Made by a program: the position numbers and the translations under genes. The notes below the pieces were generated by a model. The model was not told the origin of the DNA and did no database searches. It was given only the letters and a program-made list of their open reading frames with translations. DNA of 63,001 bases, the filler included, from Mustelus asterias (lineage: Eukaryota): NCBI RefSeq assembly GCF_964213995.1. It is 4 parts of 4 records of this genome, joined end to end, with 100 filler letters (N's around TTAATTAATTAA, not from the genome) between each part and the next. Parts side by side here need not be neighbours in the genome. Positions count along the whole stretch, not along the records: positions 12,828 to 25,966 come from NW_027590963.1; positions 26,067 to 43,066 come from NW_027590699.1; 2 more parts are not named here. One strand, given 5' to 3'. Positions 25,482 through 36,090 of this stretch are shown here, in pieces (within the stretch, counting starts at the first letter, position 1; each line of letters opens with the position of its first letter).

Positions 25482-25808
25482 CTGCCACCTTCAGGGTGAC
25501 GCTCTTGCGCATCACAGACCTGGCAGACACGTGCTCGACATGGCAGGTGTAGACGGTGTCATGGTCACCCCAACCGGGCCGGACAGCAATGTAGCTCGTC
25601 ACGTTGTAGGTGCCGTCGGGGTTCTGGCGATGCCCGCTCAGCCAGCTGCCAGTAACGGGCTCAGCCGTGCCGTTGCCACTGGGTCTCTTCCTCGTCCAAC
25701 TCACACTCACGTCCAGTGGGTAGTAGCAGCTAATATCACACAGCATGGTGGCCTCCTGCCCGGGGATCAGGTACAGAGGATCTGGGCTCAGAGACAGCCC
25801 CGGGGCTT
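25482..25808 (-). CDS. TAPBP: Tapasin-type Ig C1-set domain exon
   Basis: Polypyrimidine acceptor ttctgttggcag|AA GCC and donor GTG GCA G|gtaagc; 327 nt, phase 1-1. Translation EAPGLSLSPDP..TMLCDISCYYPLDVSVSW..WLSGHRQNPDGTYNVTS..YTCHVEH..VTLKVAG has the C1 C-x-x-x-x-x-YP, W and YxCxVxH motifs plus tapasin-like 'WLSxxRxxxDG' and 'VTLxVAG'. TAPBP versus a tapasin-like paralog cannot be settled without a search. Confidence 0.88.
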
Positions 25809-25966
25809 CTGCCAACAGAAAAAGTAAAAGAAATAATAACCAGCATTCAGGTGTCTGTCTGTCACTCCCTCCCCCCTCCCCTCCTCTCCTCCCCTCCTCT
25901 CTCCTCCCCTCCCACCCCTCCCCTCCTCTCCCACCCCTCCCCTCCTCTCCCACCCCTCCCCTCCCC

Positions 25967-26066
25967 NNNNNNNNNNNNNNNNNNNNNNNNNNNNNNNNNN
26001 NNNNNNNNNNTTAATTAATTAANNNNNNNNNNNNNNNNNNNNNNNNNNNNNNNNNNNNNNNNNNNN
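25967..26066. other. Artificial 100-nt scaffold linker (N44-TTAATTAATTAA-N44); identical linkers at 12728-12827 and 43067-43166
   Basis: Identical length and a six-frame-stop core at all three sites. Confidence 0.95.
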
Positions 26067-26271
26067 ACATGACAGTGAGTTTGTTGCAGATTATTGGTGA
26101 CAGAATGAGAGAGACAGATAGAGAACGTGTGAGAATATATGTGAGATAGGGTGTGTTTGCGAGAGAGAGAGAGAGACAGACGAGGTAGAGAGAGTTCTTC
26201 TGTATGAGTGTGTGCGTGAAAGAGAGAAACTTTGTGAGTGGTGTGTGTGTGAGGATGTCTGAGGCACATGT

Positions 26272-27070
26272 CATGGAATCATAGAGTCATCGAGGTTTAC
26301 AGCATGGAAACAGGCCCTTCGGCCCAATTTGTCCATGCCGCCCTTTTGTTTTTAACCCTAAATTAATCCCAATTTCCCGCATTTGTCCCATATCCCTCGA
26401 TAGCCATCGTACCCATGTAACTATCTGAATGCTTTTTAAAAGACAAAATTGTACCCGCCTCTACTACTATCTCTGGCAGCTTGTTCCAGACACTCACCAC
26501 CCTCTGTGTGAAAAAATAGCCCCTCCTGACACTTTTGTATCTCTCCCGTCTCATCTTAAACCTATGCCCTCGAGTTTTAGACTCACCTACCGTTGGGAAA
26601 AGATATTGACGATCTAGCTGATCTGTGCCCCGCATTATTTTATAGACTTCTAGAAGATCACCCCTCAGCCTCCTACGCTTCAGAGAAAAAAGTCCCAGTC
26701 TATCCAGCCTCTCCTTATAGCTCAATCCATCAAGTCCCGGTAGCATCCTGCTGAACCTTTTCTGCACTCTTTCTAGTTTAATAATATCCTTTCTATAATA
26801 GGGTGACCAGAATTGCACACAGTATTCCAAGTGTGGCCTTACTAATGTCTTGTACAACTTCAACAGGACATTCCAACTCCTGTATTCAATGTTCTGACCA
26901 ATGAAACCAAGCATCCCGAATGCCTTCTTCACCACTCTGTCCACCTGTGACTCCACTTTCAAGGAGCTATGAACATGTACCTCGAGCTCTCTTTGTTCTG
27001 TAACTCGCCCCAACGCGCTACCATTAACTGAATAAGTCGTGCCCTGGTTCAATCCACCAAAATGCATCAT
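26272..27070 (-). mobile_element. CR1 LINE 3' fragment
   Basis: ORF 26363-27280, RPHLEYCVQFWSP..RRRLRGDL. Confidence 0.9.
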
Positions 27071-27485
27071 ATGTGTGCGTGAGACCCGAGTTTGTACGTG
27101 TGTGTGACAGCGTGTCTGTCTGTGACAGGATAGAGTGTGTGTGAGGGAGAGGGTGTGTGTGTGAGATGGACCGATAATGTGTGTGTGTGTGTGTGTGTGT
27201 GTAGACCAGGGGAGAGTGCGTGTCATAGAGTCATAGATATTTACAGCATGGAAACAGGCTCTTCGGCCCAGCTTCTCCATGCCGCCCAGTTCTTGCCATT
27301 AAGTTAGTCCCAACTGTCCGCATTTAGCGTATATCTCTCTAAAGCCATTTTACTCTTGTACCTAAATGCTTTTTAAAATACAAAATTGTGTGTGTCTCTA
27401 CGACTGCCCCGGCAACGCGTTCCAGACGCTCACCACCCTCTGAGTGAAACAAAATGCCTCTCTGGACTCTTTTGTATTTCTCCCA

Positions 27486-29020
27486 TAGAACCATAGAACC
27501 ATAGAAAATTACAGCTCAGAAACAGGCCTTTTGGCCCTTCTTGTCTGTGCCGAACCATTTTATGCCTAGTCCCACTGACCTGCACTTGGACCATATCCCT
27601 CCACACCCCTCTCATCCATGAACCCGTCCAAGTTTTTCTTAAATGTTAAAAGTGACCCTGCATTTACCACTTTATCCGGCAGCTCATTCCACACTCCCAC
27701 CACTCTCTGCGTGAAGAAGCCCCCCCTAATATTCCCTTTAAACTTTTCTCCTTTCACCCTTAACCCATGCCCTCTGGTTTTTTTCTCCCCCAGCCTCAGC
27801 GGAAAAAGCCTGCTTGCATTCACTCTATCTATACCCATCAAAACCTTATACACCTCCATCAAATCTCCCCTCAATCTTCTACGCTCCAGGGAATAAAGTC
27901 CCAACCTATTCAATCTCTCTCTGTAACTCAGCTTCTCAAGTCCTGGCAACATCCTTGTGAACTTTCTCTGCACTCTTTCAATCTTATTTACATCCTTCCT
28001 GTAACTAGGTGACCAAAACTGTACACAGTACTCCAAATTCGGCCTCACCAATGCCCTATATAACCTTACCATAACACTCCAACTTTTATACTCGATACTC
28101 CGATTTATAAAGGCCAATGTACCAAAGGCACTCTTTACGACCCTATCCACCTGTGACGTCACTTTTAGGGAATTCTGTACCTGTATTCCCAGATCCCTCT
28201 GTTCAACTGCACTCTTCAGAGTCCTACCATTTACCCTGTACGTTCTTCTTTGGTTTGTCCCTCCAAAGTGCAATATCTCACACTTGTCCGCGTTAAACTC
28301 CATTTGCCATTTTTCAGGCCAATTTTCTAGTTGGTCCAAATCCCTCTGCAAGCTTTGAAAACCTTCCTCACTGTCCGCTACACCTCCAATCTTTGTATCA
28401 TCAGCAAACTTGCTGATCCAATTTATCACATTATCATCCAGATCATTGATATAGATGACAAACAACAATGGACCCAACACCGATCCCTGCGGCACACCAC
28501 TAGCCACAGGCCTCCACTCAGAGAAGCAATCCTCCACAACCACTCTCTGGCTTCTTCCATTGAGCCAGTGTCTTATCCAATTTACTACCTCCCCATGTAT
28601 ACCTAGCGACTGAACCTTCCTAACTACCCTCCCATGAGGGACCTTGTCAAAGGCCTTGCTGAAATCCAGGTAGACAGCATCCACCGCCTTCCCTTCATCC
28701 ACTTTCCTGGTAACCTCCTCGAAAAACTCTAATAGATTGGTCAAACATGACCTACCACGCACAAAGCCACGTTGACTCTCCCTAATAAGTCCCTGTCTAT
28801 CCAAATATTTGTAGATCCTATCCCTTATCACACCTTCCAATAACTTGCCCACCACCGACGTCAAACTTACTGGCCGATAATTTCCCGGATTTCTTATTGA
28901 ACCTTTTTTAAACAACGGAACAACATGAGCCACCCTCCAATTATCCGGCACCTCCCCCGTGAATACTGACATTTTAAATATGTCTGCCAGGGCCCCTGCA
29001 AGTTCAGCACTAGGTCCCTT
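27486..29020 (-). mobile_element. CR1 LINE (RT ORF intact, 5'-truncated) nested in an older CR1 (27225-27485 and 29021-29255)
   Basis: ORF 27566-28972 has the full RT motifs; the flanking pieces are collinear parts of another CR1 3' end. Confidence 0.9.
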
Positions 29021-29259
29021 CGAACCTTAAACCTCTGCCCCTAGTTTTAGACTCTCCTACCTTTGGGAAAAGATGTTCACTATCTACCTCATCTATGCCC
29101 CTCATTATTTCATAGACCTCTATAAGACCACTCCCAAGCCGCCCACGCTCCAGGAAAAAAGTCCCAGTCCATCCAGCCTCTCTTTGTAACTTAAACCATC
29201 AATTCCCGCTCGCATCCTAGTAAATATTTTCTGTATTCTTTCCAGTTTAATAATATCCT

Positions 29260-30745
29260 TGTATCAGGATGTGAGCGAGAATAAGTGTGCAAATGAGACA
29301 GAGTGACTGTGCGAGTGTGTCAGAGGAAGATAATGGTCGGGAGTATGTGCTTGAGTATTTTTCTGTATGGAGGTGTGAGAGATTGCTTGGGAGAGCGAGA
29401 GTATGCATGTCTTTCTGTGTGAGTGTTTGTGACGTGTGACCTGCGAGAGCGAGAGAACTTTTGTGTCTGTGATAGGTAGAGTCTTTAAGAGAGATGCATT
29501 TACTACACATGTGTGTGCGTGTGTGAGACACAGAGAGACTGTGTGTGAGTGAATGTACGTGTGAAAGAGAGTATGTGTTTGTGAGAGACATTTGAGATCA
29601 ATTATGCGCATGTGTGATATAGTGTGAGAGAGTGAGTGTGAAAGAGATAGTGAAATATGTGCCTGTCAGAGAAAATGGGTGTGGAAGAGTGTTTGTATGG
29701 GAGAGAGTGTGTGTGAGACAAAGTGAGCATATGTGACAAAGTGTATGAGACAGCGACAGTGCATGTGAGCGTGTGTGAGAGACAATGTGTGTGCGAGAGT
29801 GTGAGATTGTGCTTTTGTGAGAGAGTGTGCCTGCGTGTAAGAGAGAATGTATGTGTGAGCGTGTGCACGTGTCTGTGTTTGTGTGAAAGGGAGTGCTTTT
29901 GAGAGAGACAGTGTGTGAGAGCAGGAATGGGCATGTGTGAGAGTGTCAGAGAATGATTGTGTGAAAGGGGAAGATAAATGTGTGGGTGTGTGTGAGAGAG
30001 AGAGACAATGCGTGTGCAAGACGGATTGTGACAGAGCGTGCGTGAATGAGTGTGAGACAGAATGAACATTTTTGGCAGATAGTATGTCAGAGACATAGTG
30101 CATGCGAGAAGTGGGTGCTGTGAGAGAGGATATATGTGCGAGATGTGAAACTGTGCCTATGAGAGAGAGTGTGTTTGTAGGAGAGTGTGTGCATGTATAT
30201 TGTGAGATTGAGTCTTTGAGAGAGACCGGTTTTGAGATCAAGAATGTACATGTGTGAAATAATTTGAGAGAGAGAGAGTGTGTGGGAAAGAGAGAAATAT
30301 GTGCATGTGTGAGAGAGAGTTTGTGTGCAAGAGGGATTGTGAGATTGTGAATGAATTTGGACAGAGTGAGTTTGTGGCAGAGGGTATGTGAAAGATAGTG
30401 TGTGTGAGAAAGAGGACGAGAGAGAGAAAAGTGTGGTGTGCGAGAGCGTGGGATTGAGTCTCTGTGTGTAAGTGAGAATGTGCGTGAGTGTTTTTGAGAC
30501 ATTGCTTGGGAGAGCGAGAGTATATCTGCTTTTCTGCGTGTGAAAGCGTGTGCGACGTGTGAGAGATAGAATGCATATGGGTTTGACAGAAATCTTGAGA
30601 GAGAGCGTGAGCATGAATATGTATGTGTGTGTTTGTTTGTTTGTGGGTGTGTGAGAGAGAGAGTGAGAGTGAGCGAGAGAGCAAGAGAGAGCGAGATATA
30701 ATATATGAGTGCAGATGTATGTATTTATGTGTGTGAGAGTGTGGT
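29260..30745. repeat. Degenerate (GT/GA)n low-complexity tract
   Basis: gtgtgagagag-rich sequence; produces spurious His/Thr/Ser/Leu ORFs. Confidence 0.85.
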
Positions 30746-33699
30746 ACGTGTAATTTTCTATCTGGGTCTCTCAGTCTTAATAATCATCTTCACCCTCACA
30801 TTCCACACGCACTCTCAGCAATTCTCATAGTGTGTGGGGTGGGGGTGGGTGGGTGTTTAGTAAATGAACTGAATATGGCACGCGGGCTAACGGTTGGAGA
30901 AACATTTAAACCATTCACAATTCAGGTCTATAATTGAATAATTTCCACTTGCCACAATGAGCGACTGTTGAGAAAATCTAAAGAAAGTCGTCGCTTCCCA
31001 GGAAACTTTCCCACCCCGACATTCACCCCATCCACTTCCTCCATCACCAACAAGCAGTGACAGCAGGGTGTATCACACATATGATGCGTTGCAGCAAATC
31101 ACCAAGACTCCATAGAATACACTGTCCAAACTACATCTTGCAAGCTCCCCTCCAAAACACACAACATCCTGACGTGAAACAATATCGCCGTTCCTTCACA
31201 GTCGCTGGGTTAATATCCTGGAACTTCATCCCGAATGGCACTGTAGGCATATCGACACCACATGGTCTGCAGTTATTCAAGGATACTTCATATCAGCACT
31301 TTTTGAAATGACAATTAGGGACAGATAACAAATTTTGCCCTAGCCAGCGACTCTAAAATCCCATTCATGGACTAAAAGTAAGACACAACCGGAATTGACG
31401 GTCTAAATCTCCTATTAATTTGGAAAGAGTCTGCTATAATACGGAGTGCAATAGGTTATATCTCCCTTTGTATTTGTTCATCGAAAATTCCCAAGGTTGG
31501 TACATCACTGGTTAAAAAAAAAACAAATCTCCTTCCACACTCTTTCTGACGTTTCTGCTTTGTCCGACGGTCACATTCTGGGTCAGGGATCTCATTTCTG
31601 AGACGCCTAGTAAAAAAATCAAGTCAAACTGTCACATTCCTCACCGCACAAGTTGATTGCAGAAATAAGCCAAACTTTTGCCCCGAAGATACAGGAGAAG
31701 GAATCAGAAGATTTACAAGCAGTCAGAAAAATTATTGGTCCCAACACGGTAACCACGCGCACAGAAACAGAACAGAAACAAACGGTGTAACAATCGAGTT
31801 CCCAGCAGATAGATTTGTTCAATCTGTGAAGCACATTGAAACTGATTTATTCTAATTGAACAATGGTCAACCTACAACAACAACAATTCAAAAACCTCTT
31901 TTAAATTAAACTGATATTAATTTCAAAACACCCTATAACTTTCAGCAATGTATCCCTGTCTGCCTCAAATATCGAAAACAGGGCAAAAATATAATTTCGA
32001 TGAAAATGAGTACATTAAATGTACTCAGGATAGACTTTTTTTTTACATAACAGAAATGCTGTGTCACAGAATTAAACAAACCAGCAAACATTTACACTGA
32101 AAATTATTCGGTGATTTGATCGAATTCTTTAATTAAATGAAAGCAACAAAATCATCGAGGCAAAACACTGTATCGAGCGGAGCAGAGCTGAGTAAAGAAA
32201 TGCATTGTTGTCTGAATTCATTTTTGATCCAATTAAATATTGTAGTAGTTCACTTATGTTGAATTAATTATATTTATATTTTAGGTTATTGTTAATTGTC
32301 AGTTAGTACTCCTGTTGGCTGATTTGTATTCTATAATAATAATAGCTTTCACTGATTCAAATCCTGCTTTTGTCTGGAACTTTAAATAATTAAGTGTCAA
32401 TTAAATCTTAAATAATGTTAAACAATAAACTTCAAATTACTGGATGCAAACAGTCAGATACCTAAAATACTTCTACTTACATCTAATTGCATCTTAATAT
32501 TTTACTTTTACTCTAAATGCTTTCTTTTAACCTACAAAAGTGTTAAACTGAATTTTTCTGTGCGAATATATACTGTAACAGCCTGGCAGTTTATGATCTA
32601 TAAAATTGCTTCCTAGATTTAATACTTCAGGCCTTCCCTGTAATTTAATTATTGATCATATTGTTTAATTAAAGAAGATCCCAATTAAACAGTGCAAAAC
32701 ACAATGAGCACAATTTATTCAACTCCTCTGCAACACTGAAACATGATGAACAAAAAAAGACGACATTTTGTTCTTCATTTAATATTCAATAAGAATTAAA
32801 CATAAGGCTCAGATAGAATCAATTATTCTCTTCAGCCATTTGTTATCCGTATAATGATATCCTGTCTGCAGCAGTAATGGGAAACAGGATGCCATTATTA
32901 ATTGCAGAGCAAATATTAACCTTTTGTAACATAAATTAACCTGTTTAATTTGAAGCATTTACTTGTCAATCTCTTGCCAGTTTCTGGATACCTTACTACA
33001 AATCAAACATAATCAAATGAACAATTAATTGACTGACAGCGCATTCCACATCTCAGAAAGCTGTTTACGATTAGAGTAGTGATTAATTATCTCTTTATCC
33101 AACTACCTATTACTTTGAGAAATAATGTGGCTACGCCTGCAATGAAATAATGTAATAACCGAATACATAAATTGCCAAACTGCAATGCAAAACTCCTATT
33201 TAAGTGAATGCAAACTTAATCTGGGATATAACGATTAATTAAAAATATATTGATATGCTGAGCGCTGCTGTGGAATCAGCATGTTTTCAATGAAATACTT
33301 TCAGGCACAATCACAAAGCATTTGCAGAATAAAAACTTTTCCGGCCATGTTAATCATGTTCAAAGCACAGCAGAATTGTGAAAGCCGATTAATGATTAAT
33401 GATGTTAATATAAAATAATCCTTGGTGAGTTTGCTATATTACTGGGAATAAATGTTCAAATTTTATTTATTTTACTCCTATTTAAAAACTTGCTGATTAA
33501 GTAATTTGTGATAGCCGCAATGAATGGCGTTCTCAATGAGGGTTATAAGTCATGATTTATTTTACACAGTAAGCATCAGTTAAAGTGTATGGAATGCTCT
33601 CATATCTTTATTTTATTATTTTCCGAAACCTGCCTGTTTTCTCCTACAACCGTGCTTCCAGGATTTTCAAAAGCGCACAATGTTTGCATTCAACCAGAA

Positions 33700-34955
33700 A
33701 GCTTGTAACCACTCAGTGTCACCGAATTTAAACAATGCAGAAAGAATTCAGAAACGCCAAACCATTTCACACATTTTAAACAATCAAAGTCACCCAGACA
33801 CACAATCTCCTCAGCAGAAAAGCATGAAAACACATCACTGAGTAACTGAACCCCGTTTCAGGGAGAAGCAGCTCAATTCTATATTCAACAGAATCAAATA
33901 TAACATTGCAAGAAAATCTCAATATCCAATCCGGCACACCAGCTCTTCGCCAAATATATGGATTGTTAAACTAAAAAGGAATCTGGGATAATAGCAATAA
34001 CATTGTGAGGAGTTCCAATATTTCCAATAAAATAATATTGAAACTTTGCCACATTTTATTTCCAAAAGATTTCAAACGTATTTAAACATTTCGATGGTAA
34101 AAGCTCCAGCCATCAGATGCCACCGAGATTAAACATTGCATGTATCCCAAATTGTGATTGCAGTGACAAACTATGTTCTGAACGAGCGGCGTAAACGGTG
34201 GTTTAGTTTAACCTGCAATTATCACTTAAGATTAAAAAAAATACAAATACAATAAAGCCGGCCTGATTTCTGCCTGCAGTCATGCGTCAAGCAGTTGCAA
34301 ACCCGCAGATTCTTTGTATTAAATAACAAAGCGGGTAACAATTCAGTGTCACCGAGTTTAAACAATGCAGAAACACCAAATCGTTTCACAAATGTTGCTT
34401 GTTCAAAGTCCCCCAGACACACAATCTCCTGACCAGAGAAACACATCACTGAGGGACTGAACCCCGCTTCATGCAGAAGCAGATCAATTCTCCAAACACT
34501 TTCAAAAGAATCAAATGCAACATTGACAGAAAATCTCAATTTAAAATCCAACCAATCCGACCATCACCATACTAATTAAGAATTAAAATGGACAGAAATA
34601 AGTCATAACCACACCAGCATTGTGAGTAAGCGGAACATGATCACTAAATTAATACAGAAACTTTAACACATTTAATTAATATTGGGTTAGATTTCAAACA
34701 CTTGTGCAGCAGATGGTACAAATCGCAGCTACTAGATGTCACCGAGATCAAACATTGCAGAAACGCCGAACTGTTTAACAGAATTTCGGCATTTAAAGTA
34801 ACCCAGCCACACAATGTCCTCAGCAGATAAACACCAAATGACAACAACCAGAGACTGAATCCTTCAGCGTCACCTTTTGCCAATAAACAGCGGAATTATA
34901 CAACACATTTTCAGCAGAATCACCTGAAACATTGTAAAAAAAAATCTCAATCTGT
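33700..34955. repeat. Diverged ~620-bp tandem duplication with internal ~200-bp sub-repeat, immediately downstream of JH
   Basis: tg(t/c)caccga..(tt/tc)aaaca(a/t)tgca motif at about 33715, 34118, 34345 and 34737; caaagtc.cccagacacacaatctcct-like blocks recur. Confidence 0.75.
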
Positions 34956-35038
34956 GAACGAATGAATTATTAAATTCGATAAAAATATAAAACAAAATCT
35001 CAAGTAAAATAGTTACTAAATAAATGCATGGTTCTTAC

Positions 35039-35086
35039 CTGCAGTCACCGTCACCATGGTCCCTTGTCCCCAGTATGCGATGTAGT
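35039..35086 (-). CDS. IGHJ: Ig heavy-chain J segment (YIAYWGQGTMVTVTA)
   Basis: WGxG motif, TMVTVT, and phase-1 donor GCA G|gtaaga. Confidence 0.95.
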
Positions 35087-35125
35087 CACGCTGTCACATT
35101 CCCTGGGCTGGATCTTACACTAACC
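35087..35125 (+). other. 23-bp-spacer RSS 5' of JH
   Basis: Reading away from J: CACGCTG + 23 nt + ACACTAACC. The CAC is retained; there are 2 mismatches each in heptamer and nonamer. Confidence 0.8.
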
Positions 35126-35452
35126 ATCCCTGCACAAAATAGACAAAAAGCCACCATTATTTTAAATATCCACAAGCCAGAGGGAAAGTAAATCACTGCA
35201 TTTTTAATGAAATTTTAATTGTATTTGTGGATACCGTTCGCTCTTCATAAATGACCCTAATGTTTTATAATTCACAGAGCATCAGATGAATATGTTTTTG
35301 GAAACACCAAATGATAATTGAATAGTTATCGTAAATTTTCCATGTTAATTCTGGCTATTTGAGCAGTGCTAGACATAAATAATACAGTGCTGTAAATAAT
35401 GGTGGATTGTAAAACAGAGCACTGCCCCATCCTCGGTCAATTAGTGCTGAGG

Positions 35453-35480
35453 GGTTTTTGTATTGACAGTAACTGCTGTG
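35453..35480 (-). other. 12-bp-spacer recombination signal sequence 3' of V(D)
   Basis: CACAGCA + gttactgtcaat (12 nt) + ACAAAAACC (perfect nonamer). Confidence 0.9.
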
Positions 35481-35792
35481 CACTGCTGTCTCTTGCACAG
35501 TAATAGATGGCGGTGTCTTCGGTCTTCAGCCTCGTCATCTCCAAAGAGAAGATGTTGTTTGAAGTGTCTTTGGACGCAGTAAATCGATCTTTAATTGCTG
35601 GGGCGTAGTTGTTGTTTGATGAACTATCGTACCACAGCAGAAACTGCAGCCCCTGTCCGGGAACTTGTCGGATCCAGTTCATCCAGTGGCTGCCAAGATC
35701 GAAGCCGCTGGTTTTACAGGTCAGTGTCAGGGAGCCTCCGGGTCGCCCGATCTCTGCCTCTGGCTGAGTCAACACAACCTCCGATTGGACAC
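35481..35792 (-). CDS. IGHV: Ig heavy-chain V segment, shark IgM-type, apparently germline-joined to D (V-D)
   Basis: ttttacag|GT GTC CAA TCG; [84 protein letters not shown]. It has both conserved Cys, WIRQ and DTAxYYC, with no stops or frameshifts. Confidence 0.95.
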
Positions 35793-35926
35793 CTGTAAAA
35801 CATATGTCAAAAATCCCGAGGATTAATCCCGGTGTAATGATTTTTGACTCTGGAATATTACAGAGATAGACTAAGACTGAGACAGTAACTGTGGGAGACT
35901 TGGACAATTAAAAAAAAACTACTCAC

Positions 35927-35972
35927 CGGATAGGAAAGTCAGCAACAAACTGAGACAAATCGCCGACCTCAT
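35927..35972 (-). CDS. Ig heavy-chain leader exon (MRSAICLSLLLTFLS-G)
   Basis: ATG at 35972, hydrophobic signal peptide, donor TCC G|gtgagt, then a 134-nt intron to the V exon. This is the canonical split Ig leader. Confidence 0.92.
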
Positions 35973-36062
35973 CCTTCTGGTAAATTGAGGGAAATGGTTG
36001 TGTCAGGAGCACAGTGAACAAACCTACTCCCGGACTGTTGGATTCCGGTCCCAGTGAGCGGC

Positions 36063-36090
36063 ATTTAAATACCCGGCAGAAGGGGGCGGC
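36063..36090 (-). promoter_or_regulatory. VH promoter core: TATTTAAAT box and adjacent GC box
   Basis: TATTTAAAT about 90 nt upstream of the leader ATG, with GGGGCGG just upstream; no Ig octamer seen nearby. Confidence 0.6.

Noticed and set aside
25482-25808. C1 exon as an Ig CH, MHC alpha3 or beta2m domain
   Set aside because: The downstream GPSIDDAIGMF..LK TM exon and KxKxx tail are tapasin-type; there is no Ig CART TM motif or secretory tail.
29247-30684. His/Thr/Ser/Leu-rich ORFs
   Set aside because: Translations of (CA/CT)n low-complexity sequence.
35437-35907. ORF-track start MSKSPTVTV.. and C-terminal [10 protein letters not shown].. for the VH
   Set aside because: These are leader-intron and RSS read-through; the true start is the leader exon at 35972.
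36010-36025. CACAGTG followed by AACAAACC upstream of the VH leader
   Set aside because: No 12- or 23-nt spacer, so it is not a functional RSS.
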